Below are positions 21,379-35,089 of a stretch of 64,000 bases of DNA, piece after piece. The notes under the pieces were generated by a model. That model was not told the DNA's origin. It searched no databases and saw nothing but the letters and a program-made list of their open reading frames with translations. Numbering within the stretch: the first letter of the stretch is position 1; the number at the start of each line of letters is the position of its first letter. Origin of the DNA: an uncultured delta proteobacterium (GTDB lineage Bacteria > Desulfobacterota > Binatia > UBA9968); NCBI GenBank assembly GCA_963737905.1, contig CAVTUQ010000005.1, positions 64,001-128,000 of the forward strand, in the 5' to 3' direction. The position numbers and the translations under genes are program-made.

Positions 21379-22404
21379 CTAAGCTTTTTCTAGAACATCT
21401 TTTAGGTTCGACTGATTGTCGTCGCGCTCGTAGGCGGCAATAATCTCCTGGACCAAATGGTGACGGGCAACGTCCTTCTCGGTGAAGGTAACGAATCGAA
21501 TCCCGTGCACGCCTCTAAGAATCCGCGAGGCTTCCTTCAGGCCTGAAGGTTTGCCGGCTGGAAGATCGATCTGAGTTGCATCACCGGTGATGACGGCCTT
21601 TGAGCCGTAGCCCAAGCGCGTAAGAAACATCTTCATCTGCTCCGGCGTCGTATTCTGGGCCTCATCTAGGATAACGAAGGAGTCATTCAAGGTTCGACCG
21701 CGCATGAACGCGAGGGGCGCGACTTCGATGGTCCCCCGCTCCACCAGCTTCCGGGCCCGGTCGAAATCCACCATATCATGCAGGGCATCGTACAGAGGAC
21801 GAAGATAAGGATTGACCTTCTCGGCGAGATCCCCCGGTAAAAAGCCGAGTTTCTCTCCGGCTTCCACTGCGGGACGGGTCAGTATGATGCGGACATAACT
21901 ATTCTTCATCAGCTCCGCTACCGCCATGGCCATAGCGAGATAGGTCTTGCCGGTGCCGGCCGGACCGATGCCGAACACGATGTCATAGCGGCGGATGGCA
22001 TCGATGTATGCCTTCTGGGCGATGCTCTTCGGCGTGATCGTGCGCTTGTGCGCCGAAATGTAGATCGTGTCGAGGAAAATGTCTTGAAGTTTGGCGCGAC
22101 CGTCGCCGCTTAGTATGCGGATAGCATAGTCGACATCGCTGGCATAAACCGGATAGCCTTTTTCCAGGAGACCGTAGAGTTGGCGGATAATTTGGTTGGC
22201 GAGCTCCACTTCAAGCGGATCACCTTCGATTTCAATATCGGAACCGCGGACACGGATCCTGACCCCGAGCGCATGCTGCAGGATCTTGATGTGCTGATCG
22301 TGTTGCCCCAAAAGATCACGGAGAAGGCGCGGGTCGTTGAATTCCAGATGGCTGGTCTCGATGTCTGTTGTGACGCTGACCACTTGTTCTTGCTCGTCTT
22401 TCAC
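21379..22404 (-). CDS. phoH: PhoH-family ATPase (YbeZ-like, with KH domain)
   Basis: GPAGTGKT, RPAVEAGEKLGFLPG, AFMRGRT, DEAQN. Confidence 0.96.
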   Translation of the reverse strand: MKDEQEQVVSVTTDIETSHLEFNDPRLLRDLLGQHDQHIKILQHALGVRIRVRGSDIEIEGDPLEVELANQIIRQLYGLLEKGYPVYASDVDYAIRILSGDGRAKLQDIFLDTIYISAHKRTITPKSIAQKAYIDAIRRYDIVFGIGPAGTGKTYLAMAMAVAELMKNSYVRIILTRPAVEAGEKLGFLPGDLAEKVNPYLRPLYDALHDMVDFDRARKLVERGTIEVAPLAFMRGRTLNDSFVILDEAQNTTPEQMKMFLTRLGYGSKAVITGDATQIDLPAGKPSGLKEASRILRGVHGIRFVTFTEKDVARHHLVQEIIAAYERDDNQSNLKDVLEKA

Positions 22405-22832
22405 GGAGTCTCTCCTCCTATCAGTTGAACGATGATTTCCCTTGTACGAGGACGATTGTCAAAATCCAGTAAAACAATTTGCTGCCACGTGCCAAGCAGG
22501 GGGCGGCCTTTCTCAATGGGAATGGCCAACGACGGACCGAAAAGAGAAGCGCGCAGGTGAGAAAAACCATTGTCGTCGCCCCAGCGATCATCGTGGTGGT
22601 ATCTTCGGTCCGACGGAATGAGCCGCTCGATGAATTCTTTAAGATCGCGGACTAAACCGGGCTCATACTCCACGGTGGTCAATGCGGCCGTAGAGCCCGA
22701 GACGAAGAGAGTTACTAGGCCGCGCTCAATCTTTGCCTGTTCGATCTGTTCCCGGACTTTGGCGGTGATGTCGATGATGTCGCAGAAACCGGAAGTTCTC
22801 TCTGAAAGTTTCTTGGTGTGAATCTTGATCAC
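22401..22832 (-). CDS. yjbQ: YjbQ/UPF0047 secondary thiamine-phosphate synthase family protein
   Basis: GSTAALTTVE, YHHD, NGFSHLRASL, LGTWQQI; GTG start at 22832 inferred. Confidence 0.9.
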   Translation of the reverse strand: MIKIHTKKLSERTSGFCDIIDITAKVREQIEQAKIERGLVTLFVSGSTAALTTVEYEPGLVRDLKEFIERLIPSDRRYHHDDRWGDDNGFSHLRASLFGPSLAIPIEKGRPLLGTWQQIVLLDFDNRPRTREIIVQLIGGETP

Positions 22833-22926
22833 GCGATTAGTCGGGCGCTGCGAGTGAAGTTGGCAATGAAAGGCCAGCAAGAGCGTGAGAGGTGATGAAA
22901 CTGGCGGTTGTGTCCCATCGCTGCAA

Positions 22927-26151
<3,225 letters not shown>

Positions 26152-26172
26152 GGTTCAACGAAACCTTTGCTG

Positions 26173-27219
26173 TTACTTGCCTTTGTTCTTTTCCTTTTTC
26201 TCGGCGGCCGGCGCCTCGAGTTCAGGCCGCTTCAACCCGACTTTTTCCATCACCTTGACCATAATTTGTTCGGCCGTTTCCGAATGCTCTTTGAGAAATT
26301 GTTTCGCCGCTTCACGGCCTTGGCCGATTCTCTCACCGCCGAATGAATACCAGGCACCGCTCTTCTCGACGATACCCATTTCGCTTCCGAGATCGACGAT
26401 TTCGCCGTCACGGGATATTCCGGTTCCATACAGGATATCGAATTCCGCTTCTTTGAACGGTGGGGCCATCTTGTTCTTGACGACTTTGACCCGCGTGCGA
26501 CCGCCGACAATATTATCACCGTCTTTGAGCGCGCCGATGCGGCGGATGTCCATGCGGACTGAGGCGTAAAATTTGAGCGCGTTTCCTCCTGTCGTAGTCT
26601 CCGGATTGCCGAACATAACGCCGATCTTCATCCGGATCTGGTTGATAAAGATGACGACGGTTTGGGAACGGGAAATGGTTCCAGTCAGTTTACGCAAGGC
26701 TTGTGACATGAGACGGGCCTGGAGCCCCATATGAGCATCGCCCATCTCACCTTCGATTTCCGCCTTCGGCACCAGCGCGGCGACCGAGTCGACGACTAAT
26801 ACATCAATGGCGCCGCTACGGACCAGGGTTTCCCCGATTTCCAGTGCCTGTTCGCCATGGTCCGGCTGAGAGACCAAAAGATCGTCGGTTTTAACACCGA
26901 GTTTCTTCGCGTATCCCAAGTCCAACGCATGTTCTGCATCGATATAAGCTCCCATGCCGCCCTGCTTCTGCGCTTCAGCTACGATTTGCAGCGCCAAGGT
27001 CGTCTTACCGGAGGCCTCGGGCCCATAGATCTCAATGACGCGGCCGCGCGGCACACCGCCGATGCCCAAGGCAATATCGAGTCCGAGAGAACCGGTCGAG
27101 ACTACGGGGACGTCTTTCACTACGCCCCCCTCGCCGAGCTTCATGATCGCCCCCTTGCCAAATTGCCTTTCGATCTGGCTTACGGCGAGATCAAGTGCTT
27201 TCTCCCGATTTACGTCCAT
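26173..27219 (-). CDS. recA: recombinase RecA
   Basis: [36 protein letters not shown]. Confidence 0.99.
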   Translation of the reverse strand: MDVNREKALDLAVSQIERQFGKGAIMKLGEGGVVKDVPVVSTGSLGLDIALGIGGVPRGRVIEIYGPEASGKTTLALQIVAEAQKQGGMGAYIDAEHALDLGYAKKLGVKTDDLLVSQPDHGEQALEIGETLVRSGAIDVLVVDSVAALVPKAEIEGEMGDAHMGLQARLMSQALRKLTGTISRSQTVVIFINQIRMKIGVMFGNPETTTGGNALKFYASVRMDIRRIGALKDGDNIVGGRTRVKVVKNKMAPPFKEAEFDILYGTGISRDGEIVDLGSEMGIVEKSGAWYSFGGERIGQGREAAKQFLKEHSETAEQIMVKVMEKVGLKRPELEAPAAEKKEKNKGK

Positions 27220-27259
27220 CTTCCTTCTCCTTCAAAAATCCCGTTGTGCGCCTGGTTTA

Positions 27260-27820
27260 CTACGCCAAAGCCACGACTTTCAATGGGTGGTATGTAGCGC
27301 CGTCTCGTCTGAGCTCGCTTTGGAAAAAGATCACTTCTGCCACCATCGATTCGCCGAATTCGTGACCCTTCCATCTTTCAAGTTCTTCCCCGAATTTTCT
27401 TCTTGAGGAACGATCAAATTGCCGCCAACGCCCCACCGTTAAGTGCGGTTTGAATTCTCTGTTTTCAGGCGCAAAGTCCAAGGACACCAAGACCGTTTCG
27501 ACTTTTGAGGCCAAAGCTGTCAACCCCTTGCCTTCCAGTCCGACCCACAATATTCGCGGCCGTTTTAGGTCCGGGAATACTCCTAAACCTTTAGCATTTA
27601 TGGTGAAGCGCGGAAAGGGGTGAAGCGCACGCTCGAGCGCCTGCGCAATGGGTTCGATTCTGTTTTCCTCAATGTTGCCCAGGAACTTGAGTGTGAAATG
27701 GAAGTTTGTCGGTGCGACCCAGCGAATACCCGGAATACCGGGTTTGAGATCGGCGAGGACCGCAGAGATTTGTCGGACGGTTTGCGGGTCGATATCAACG
27801 GCGATAAAGGCGCGAATCAC
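27260..27820 (-). CDS. thpR: RNA 2',3'-cyclic phosphodiesterase (2H family)
   Basis: RAFIA, HFTLKFLG, FKPHLT (two HxT motifs). Confidence 0.93.
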   Translation of the reverse strand: MIRAFIAVDIDPQTVRQISAVLADLKPGIPGIRWVAPTNFHFTLKFLGNIEENRIEPIAQALERALHPFPRFTINAKGLGVFPDLKRPRILWVGLEGKGLTALASKVETVLVSLDFAPENREFKPHLTVGRWRQFDRSSRRKFGEELERWKGHEFGESMVAEVIFFQSELRRDGATYHPLKVVALA

Positions 27821-27823
27821 AGA

Positions 27824-29098
27824 CTACGGCTCAGTGATTTCTTCCAGGAGTGTAGTGCGTAACCAGTGGAGGGCGGCTTGCGACGTGCCGATGATAATTC
27901 GCTCACGGTCGCCGTGAAACGTGAAGAGTCTAGCTTCATGGTTACCCTTGTGGGCGATGCTTGTCCAGACGGTGCCCACGGGCTTTTCCGGACTGCCTCC
28001 CGATGGACCGGCGATTCCCGTAACGCTGAGGCCGATACTGGCACCGGTTCGTTCTCTAATCCCCCGGGCCATTTCCAGGGCAGTCTCACGGCTGACAGCT
28101 CCATAGGTTTCTAGTGTTGCCGGCTTGACGCCGAGAAAACTCATTTTTGCATCGTTGGAATAGGTTACGGCGCCGCCGTAATAATAAACTGAGCTGCCGG
28201 CAACTCGTGTGATGCGGTGGCTAATGTAACCGCCGGTACAGGACTCAGCGAGGGCGAGGGTTTGCAGCCTTGCCGAAAGGAGTTGTCCGACGACTTCCTC
28301 TAAAGTCATGTCGCCTTCACAATAAATAAATGAGCCGAGAGCCCCGCGAATTTCATCCTTGAGGCGGGTCAAAATCTCATCGATCTCCTGTCCTCCCTTC
28401 ACCGTCAGACGCAGCGATAGGTCTGGATAATGGGCGCGAAATGAAAGTCTGGCCGCTGATCCGAGCTTTATGGGCTTCACCAGATCGTCCAGCTTTGACT
28501 CAGTTAGGCCATAGATCTTGAAAGTACAGGCGATAATCTGCTCCGCATCGGCTCTTTGTTGCACGATCCAGGGAATAACGGTCTCGCTCAACATTGCCGT
28601 CATCTCTTGCGGCACGCCGGATAGCCAAATGAGGGCTTTACCGGGCCCAATGGAAACGCGGAACCCCGGGGCCGTACCAATGGGATTAGGAACGATCACC
28701 GCCCCTTCCGGGAACAGAGCTTGTTTCAGGTTGTTCGGTGTCCAGGAGATGCCGCGGGCCTCGAAGCGCCGTTTCAGCGAGCCAGCGATACGCTCGTTTT
28801 GTGCCAGCTTACACCCAAGGAATTCGGCCACGACTTCCGTGGTCAGATCGTCCGCCGTTGGCCCAAGTCCCCCGGTGCCGATGATCACATCCCCAAGCTC
28901 GCGTCCTTGGCGCAGGGCCCAATTGAGTTTTTCTCGGTTGTCAGAGACCGTGAGAACAGCAGCCACTTCAACCCCGATCGCAAAAAGTCGATCGGCAATA
29001 GCGGAGGAGTTGGTATCGACAACTTTGCCGGTGGTGAGTTCATCGCCGGTGCTCAGAATGACTGCCCGTTCAATCATAGGCTTCCGTGTCTTTGCCAT
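27824..29098 (-). CDS. cinA: competence/damage-inducible protein CinA (MocF-like plus NMN deamidase)
   Basis: GDELTTG..DTN, GGLGPTADDLT, AESCTGG, TGIAGPSGG; start placed at the ATG behind a G-rich RBS. Confidence 0.95.
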   Translation of the reverse strand: MAKTRKPMIERAVILSTGDELTTGKVVDTNSSAIADRLFAIGVEVAAVLTVSDNREKLNWALRQGRELGDVIIGTGGLGPTADDLTTEVVAEFLGCKLAQNERIAGSLKRRFEARGISWTPNNLKQALFPEGAVIVPNPIGTAPGFRVSIGPGKALIWLSGVPQEMTAMLSETVIPWIVQQRADAEQIIACTFKIYGLTESKLDDLVKPIKLGSAARLSFRAHYPDLSLRLTVKGGQEIDEILTRLKDEIRGALGSFIYCEGDMTLEEVVGQLLSARLQTLALAESCTGGYISHRITRVAGSSVYYYGGAVTYSNDAKMSFLGVKPATLETYGAVSRETALEMARGIRERTGASIGLSVTGIAGPSGGSPEKPVGTVWTSIAHKGNHEARLFTFHGDRERIIIGTSQAALHWLRTTLLEEITEP

Positions 29099-29220
29099 TG
29101 GAACACCCCCTTCCGATATCAAAAAAAAGAAACAATACAAGTGGAAGGGCAAGAAGTACGCTCGCCTAACTGGCCAGACACTGGCTCATTGCCCGCAGGC
29201 AGCCTGGCAATAAAATGCGT

Positions 29221-30648
29221 CTAGGAATGAGGCACAGAGGTAAGTTCGACGAGAAAAATATGCTTTTGGTTATCGAATACCGTCTGGAGAGTAGGTTCGA
29301 TCAGATCCTCGGCGGGGAAATCAACGCTCAAGGGATCGATGTACTGCTGATCCTTGTAGAGCTCGAAATGTAGATGCGGGCCGGTTGCTCTACCGGTCGA
29401 ACCGACATAACCGATGATCTGTCCCTTCGTGATAGAGGTGCCGTTTCGGACGCCTTCGGCAAACCTATCGAGATGGGCATAACGGGTGGTGTATGTGGAA
29501 TCGTGTTGGATTTCGACTGTTTTTCCGTAAAAGCCATTCCAGTCAGCGAGCGTAATTATGCCGTCACCGATCGAGCGGACCGGAGTACCCCTTTTCGCGG
29601 CGAAGTCCACCCCCGTATGGGGTATATTCACTTTCAGGATGGGATGAAAGCGGGAGTGGGCAAAGTGAGAAGTGATGTTGGTAAACTCCAGCGGGAACCG
29701 GAGGAACGAGCGAGCTAGGCTTCTGCCCTCTAAATCATAGTAGTTTCCTTGTCCTTTTTGTTTCTCAAAGTAGATGGCGGTCAATTTCTGGCCGGCGCTC
29801 ACCAGCTCGGCCGCAAGAATATGGAGGGAGGCCTTGGTTTCCTGCCCTTTTCGGCTTCTCTGCTCATACAAGATCTTGATGCTGTCCCCTTTGCGAACTT
29901 CTTTTTCCAGATCGATGTCCCAAGTAAAAATGTCAGCCAGTTGGGAGAGTAAAGTTGGGTTGATGCCTGCCTTTTGCCCGTCCGCAAAAAGTGAGTTTTC
30001 CACAGATGTGCTGACAGTTTTGATCTCGACATCATAAGGTTTTTCGCGCTTCTGAAAGAGAATCCCTCTGATCCCTTTTTCCCAGGTGAGCGTGGAGGTA
30101 TCGGAAACGTCGACTTCCAGTGCTTTCAGCTGCGGCCTTTGACCCCGAATGCCAGGGGTTAACTTGCTAAAATAGAAATGGACTTCTTTGCCCCCCGGTA
30201 ACAGCCCCCGAGGTCCAATGTTGCGCTGAATCGACCGTGTCCAAAGCTGTCGCTCGGTATACGACAAGCCAAAACGGCTCAAAAGCTCTTGGAGGGTATC
30301 ACCCGCTTTTGTCTGCTGAATGACATGTTCCCGCCTTTCCATGGTGTCCGCGGGGATGTCGCTTTGGGTCTTAGTGAGTCTTCGGATCGGTGGTGCTGGA
30401 GCAGTTGTCTTAGTTTTACTTTTGGGGTCTTCTTTGCGGAGAGTCTTTTCCCTAGCCCCTTGGGCAACCGTGGGTTTCATTGCGAAAACAAAGCTGATAA
30501 CCCACAGCCAGATTAAGGTTCTAAAAACAGAGGGGAACGCTGAAGAGTGCCACTGGCCGGAAAACGTTCGCCCGGTGCCTGTATGTTTGATTTCCAGGCC
30601 CATAGCAAGAAGTCCCCACTGAATAAACCGTTTTGCTGATCGTGTCAA
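29221..30648 (-). CDS. M23 peptidoglycan endopeptidase (MepM/Csd3-like)
   Basis: HPIL..HTGVDF (HxxxD), YAHL, TGPHLHFE (HxH); start uncertain. Confidence 0.93.
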   Translation of the reverse strand: MTRSAKRFIQWGLLAMGLEIKHTGTGRTFSGQWHSSAFPSVFRTLIWLWVISFVFAMKPTVAQGAREKTLRKEDPKSKTKTTAPAPPIRRLTKTQSDIPADTMERREHVIQQTKAGDTLQELLSRFGLSYTERQLWTRSIQRNIGPRGLLPGGKEVHFYFSKLTPGIRGQRPQLKALEVDVSDTSTLTWEKGIRGILFQKREKPYDVEIKTVSTSVENSLFADGQKAGINPTLLSQLADIFTWDIDLEKEVRKGDSIKILYEQRSRKGQETKASLHILAAELVSAGQKLTAIYFEKQKGQGNYYDLEGRSLARSFLRFPLEFTNITSHFAHSRFHPILKVNIPHTGVDFAAKRGTPVRSIGDGIITLADWNGFYGKTVEIQHDSTYTTRYAHLDRFAEGVRNGTSITKGQIIGYVGSTGRATGPHLHFELYKDQQYIDPLSVDFPAEDLIEPTLQTVFDNQKHIFLVELTSVPHS

Positions 30649-30722
30649 ACAAAAAATTCTTTAGGTAAGCGTTCGATTTCGAGCACTTGGGAGATGATCG
30701 ATGTCCAGGCGGCGGAGGTAAC

Positions 30723-33275
30723 CTAAGTCCCGGGGAAAAGCAGCTTCCTAGCAGCAATCTCAAGAAGGAAGAGAGCTGCTGCCCACATAATTAAGGCCTG
30801 ACGCAAGGGTCGATAGATGTTCGTAAGGTCTTGTTTTTGCAGCGACTCTAGAGACTCTGGATTAATTTCGCCGCCGCTGGTTTGAGCCAGTGTATTCAAC
30901 AACGAAAGGTTAAAATCGGGTCGTGGAAGTTCACTGCCGAGCTCATATGCCAAGCTGTAGCCAACGGGTGGATAGGTTACTCGCCGGCCCCGTCGCTCTT
31001 CTGTGAGTTCAACGTGATAATCCCCCGGAGCGGATAAAGGCAGCGCAACCTGGTAATGGCCGGCCGCCAATTTTCGTAGTGTTCCTTCCGCCTTGCCGCC
31101 TTTTCCATTGACAGAGAACCGGAATTGGCTATCCACACCGATATCCTCGTAGAGAAACAAATCCAGAAAAGGTCGGTTTGCAGAAATGCCAACCCGCGTC
31201 TCGTGAACAGGTATCGGATCACGCTCATCGCTGGGGCGCAGCCAACCGAGGACCTTATCCCAAAACGTCTGTAAAGCGCTCCACTGGATCCAGTTTTTGG
31301 TCCAACGACCCTCCAGGTCGGTCGTGAAAGCGGCGGCTCTTCCCTTCTCATATCGCCAGGAGGCCAGTATGGGGATTTTTCGGTCGTCTCTGGGGAGCAT
31401 GAGGTCTAGGTGAGCCCCTCGCTTTAGCTCGGTGTCCATGTAACCGAACAGCCTTGGATAGGATCTCGCAGAAAAGCTTGCAAGTACCTCCGAACCTCTT
31501 TCTTGAACCGGGGTCAACTCCCTTTCGCCCTTCGGTTCCTCTGGAGGATTTTCTTGGAGCTGCTGCAGGACGATTTGTGGCAGGGAACTAGGATTAATCG
31601 TCTGATGGAATAAGCCGCCGCCATATTGACTAATCCGTTTCATGATTCGAATATCGGCTTCTGCGCCGATGGCGATAGCCGAAACAGTGACCTTCATCTC
31701 GTTCTTCATCACGCTTACGAGATCCACCAGCTCTCCCTGCGTCCCTCGGGTTTCTCCATCGCTCAACAAAATGACATGCTTTCGCGCCGCGTTGGCTCGT
31801 TCGATCTGTCGTTTGGCTTCTATGAGGGCTGGATAAAAATAGGTTTGTCCTCCCGGTTTCAGACGGTTAATCTGAGCATCGATAATCCCCCGAAGCTTGC
31901 CTACGGCTTCCAGCGGTACAACTACGAACGGGGTAACATCGAAGCCTATTATCCCAAGAAGATCATTATCCTTGAGCTGGCGGGCCACGGCCTTAGCAGC
32001 TTCCTGAGCGTACAGGATACGGTTTTCTTCGCGCATACTGCCGGACTTATCGATGACAAGAATAATGGCCCGGTTCCTTTCCTCCCGCTTCGGTTCCTTT
32101 GGCTCCACCGGCAGTAAGGCCTCGATTGGCGTGCGGCTGTAGCTTCCAGGGGCAAAGCTGGCATCGCTTCCCAGCATCAAAAAACCATTGCCCTGAGCGG
32201 TGTGCCGCTCGACGGCAGAAAGATAGTTAGGGGAAAATTTGCTGCGCTCGACATTGTTGAAGATTACAACTCCATAGCCTGCCGGTGACGGTGGGCTGCC
32301 AGCAGGATATGAGGCTACCTCGAATCCTTGCCGTTTGAGAATTTCTTCTAAATAGCGACCGCCATTATTTTGCCCGCTCAGCAACAAAACCTTCGCCTTC
32401 GTTTTCACTGCCACCCACGCGACAGCTTGGTTGTCCGCCAAGTTAATATCCAGTTCGGCCTGTCGTGGCATGAACTGGGCCCGATAAGAGACGACCGGAT
32501 TGTCGGGAAGTATCGTCTGGTAGGTGTAAATTTGGCTTCCCGGTTTGAGCTTAATGCTCTCTGACTTTAGATTCTGATTGTTCCGTGTCAATATCAAAGT
32601 TCCTTCGACTTCATCTTCGCTTTGGTTTTCGAGAACCACTCTTAGATTTGCGGCTTCGCCACTTTTCCCCTGGTTGGGGATCACGAGTCTTTTTACGGCC
32701 ACGTTATGGATCTTGAGCTGCTCCGTCGGAAGAACGGGGAAAATCTTAAGCCTAGAGGCCGCGATTGCCGGTAACAAGTGCTCCACATTTCCCTGTGTTT
32801 CCCAGCCGTCGGTGAACAGGAAGAGGCTGCGCGGCGCTGGGGGAAGGGCCAGCAACGCCGCGAACAACTTTTCCAGGTCGGTCTTGGCCGGCTGAATCGG
32901 CTCTAGGTGGGCACCGTCCTTCTTGAGCCATTCACGCCAGTCCGGAGCTTCCTTCGTATCGGAGGCGAAAACGAAGACGCGGTCTCGCTCGGTGGGAGCG
33001 ATTTCCCCGTCAGCCGTGGCTTCCATCCAGCGGCGCATGGCGGGGGTTACGCTTTGTGAGATATCGAAAGCGAAAATTCGCTCTTCTTGCTTAGTCTGTC
33101 GAGTAACCCACTGAGGGTCGGCGAGACCACAAATCAGCAGCAAAAAAATAATGGTTCTTGTGAAAATGACAAGTAATCTCTGATCACGGACGCGTATCCA
33201 GAGAAGCGGTAGCCCGAGCAGCAGCCAGAGAAACAGCGGCTTAAAAAATTGAATCTCCGAGAGAAGTTCTTTCAT
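30723..33275 (-). CDS. membrane-anchored double-VWA protein with glutamine-amidotransferase-like domain
   Basis: N-terminal BatA-like TM, DISQS..FTDG, DKSGS..LSDG MIDAS motifs, C-terminal TM. Confidence 0.85.
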   Translation of the reverse strand: MKELLSEIQFFKPLFLWLLLGLPLLWIRVRDQRLLVIFTRTIIFLLLICGLADPQWVTRQTKQEERIFAFDISQSVTPAMRRWMEATADGEIAPTERDRVFVFASDTKEAPDWREWLKKDGAHLEPIQPAKTDLEKLFAALLALPPAPRSLFLFTDGWETQGNVEHLLPAIAASRLKIFPVLPTEQLKIHNVAVKRLVIPNQGKSGEAANLRVVLENQSEDEVEGTLILTRNNQNLKSESIKLKPGSQIYTYQTILPDNPVVSYRAQFMPRQAELDINLADNQAVAWVAVKTKAKVLLLSGQNNGGRYLEEILKRQGFEVASYPAGSPPSPAGYGVVIFNNVERSKFSPNYLSAVERHTAQGNGFLMLGSDASFAPGSYSRTPIEALLPVEPKEPKREERNRAIILVIDKSGSMREENRILYAQEAAKAVARQLKDNDLLGIIGFDVTPFVVVPLEAVGKLRGIIDAQINRLKPGGQTYFYPALIEAKRQIERANAARKHVILLSDGETRGTQGELVDLVSVMKNEMKVTVSAIAIGAEADIRIMKRISQYGGGLFHQTINPSSLPQIVLQQLQENPPEEPKGERELTPVQERGSEVLASFSARSYPRLFGYMDTELKRGAHLDLMLPRDDRKIPILASWRYEKGRAAAFTTDLEGRWTKNWIQWSALQTFWDKVLGWLRPSDERDPIPVHETRVGISANRPFLDLFLYEDIGVDSQFRFSVNGKGGKAEGTLRKLAAGHYQVALPLSAPGDYHVELTEERRGRRVTYPPVGYSLAYELGSELPRPDFNLSLLNTLAQTSGGEINPESLESLQKQDLTNIYRPLRQALIMWAAALFLLEIAARKLLFPGT

Positions 33276-33295
33276 GGGCTCTGAGGGTTGTTGTC

Positions 33296-35086
33296 TTAGC
33301 CGGAACGCGTTCGAAGCAGACGCGGATTAACGAACCATTCCACCAGCAAGAGAAACAACGAAGCCAATAATAGGTAAGGCCAGATGGAAAATAGCGCCGA
33401 CGCCCTGCTGCCGCTGCTGCTTGCCTCCCGGAGTTCAATGGGAGTTGGCGTGCGGAGATCAGATTCGTTTGTGTTTTCAAGGTTGACGGCAAAAAGCTCC
33501 CTCCGGGTGCCGCGATCGATTTGGTATAGGCCTTGGAAATAGGTGTCGGGAAAGTTATTTGCGCCTGGGTTAAGAGTGATCTTATCGCCTCTCGGAGTAA
33601 GGAGAAAGTTTCCTTGCTGCATAGAGCTAAAGGTAAGGGACGCGCCGGTAGCTCTGTCCCCTCTTTCCGAAGCGTGAAAGAACCAGTCCAGCAGATTGAG
33701 GGTAAAGACTGAGACCGGTAGATTCTCTCGCCCCAGGTAAGGGAAAATATCGAACCCCAGGGCTAGCTGGCGAAGCCCGCGCCGCTCGGTTGCGAAAACG
33801 ATCGGTCCCGCGGTGCTCTCAATGATTGTCTGCCCGGATGACCTCGGCTTCAATGGGCGTGAAAACGCAGGCCGAAAAAGAGCGAAATTGACATAGCGGG
33901 TCAGCGGATGGGGCTCGCTCCAACTTGAAACGACTGGTCGAGAAACCGGCTTCTCCAAAGCGACCAGGGGGTTATTGTCGGGCGGAAGCACAAAAAGCGC
34001 GGGATTTCCGGGTAATACGGGGGGCGCCGCGTAATGGAAGATTTCCAAGTCGTATCCCGTGCGATCGATTTTATCGTATTCCTGAGGAGCGATGAGGTCT
34101 AAGCTCACCCCGGCAATAGAGCGCAGGCTATTGAGCGCTTGGGGTCGGGGGGATATTCCAAGGATGCGTAGGTTTTGCGCCGCCGGCGGTACGGCAAAAC
34201 GGCGATTATCGAGGGGCAAATCGTCACGGGCATCGATTTCGACTTCGTAGTAAGGGTGCGCTGGGAAGCCCGCGAAGGTCGCCTGTGCGGTCTTTCCCGG
34301 GGCGACCAACAGTTCGCGGCTGGAAATCGCTGCACCGCCACCTAGGAGCGTGATTCTCAACCGCTCATCTTTGGTTGAGAAGTTGGCGACCTCGGCCGTG
34401 GCTTCCAGTTGCGAACCGACCAAGGACGTATGGGAAATACTAAAAGCGCTCACAGCGAAGTTGTCTTTTGGCTGTCCTACGGTGATCACCCGTAACGTAT
34501 CCGTTTGGCCCGCAGCAGGGTGGTCGGTTACAAGAAAGACCCGGTCATACTTCAGCTGTTTTGCCAATTCGCTGAGGCTCTTCTGGTAGTCGATGGGGGT
34601 ATCCGACAAATCGTAGGGCGCCAGCGCGGTGAGGACACCGGCTGCTTCGGCTGGTTCAAAGGTGGCTCCGCGCACTCTTTCCAGCCGTGGTGCGGTAAGG
34701 TAAAGATCTACCTTGCCCGTGGAGCCCAGATCGGCCAGCAGCTCACGCGCTTTTTCCTGTGCCAGAGCGAACCGCGTTTGTTGGTTTTCGAGCGTTTGCA
34801 TGCTTGCAGAATTGTCCAGCACAATGGCAATGTTCGACGCCCGGAGGGAGAACACAGGCTCTCCAATCGCTAGAATCAATAGAGTCAGCAACAAGAGCTG
34901 GAGAAAGAAAATCAGCGGGAGGCGAAGTCTGCCCAGGGGCCGGCCGCCGGCGCGCTTACCCGGATCCGTGAACAGGAGCAGACTCGAAAAGATGACTCGC
35001 TGTGGTTTCCTTCTGATCAGGTATGGAATCAGCAGGAGTGGCAGCGCCAAAAGCCCGTACAAAGCCCCTGGATTTAGAAATTCCAT
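33296..35086 (-). CDS. BatA N-terminal plus VWA domain protein
   Basis: MEFLNP..LALPLLLIPYL..FSSL, LDNSASM, VTD, C-terminal LLVEW. Confidence 0.88.
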   Translation of the reverse strand: MEFLNPGALYGLLALPLLLIPYLIRRKPQRVIFSSLLLFTDPGKRAGGRPLGRLRLPLIFFLQLLLLTLLILAIGEPVFSLRASNIAIVLDNSASMQTLENQQTRFALAQEKARELLADLGSTGKVDLYLTAPRLERVRGATFEPAEAAGVLTALAPYDLSDTPIDYQKSLSELAKQLKYDRVFLVTDHPAAGQTDTLRVITVGQPKDNFAVSAFSISHTSLVGSQLEATAEVANFSTKDERLRITLLGGGAAISSRELLVAPGKTAQATFAGFPAHPYYEVEIDARDDLPLDNRRFAVPPAAQNLRILGISPRPQALNSLRSIAGVSLDLIAPQEYDKIDRTGYDLEIFHYAAPPVLPGNPALFVLPPDNNPLVALEKPVSRPVVSSWSEPHPLTRYVNFALFRPAFSRPLKPRSSGQTIIESTAGPIVFATERRGLRQLALGFDIFPYLGRENLPVSVFTLNLLDWFFHASERGDRATGASLTFSSMQQGNFLLTPRGDKITLNPGANNFPDTYFQGLYQIDRGTRRELFAVNLENTNESDLRTPTPIELREASSSGSRASALFSIWPYLLLASLFLLLVEWFVNPRLLRTRSG

Positions 35087-35089
35087 AGT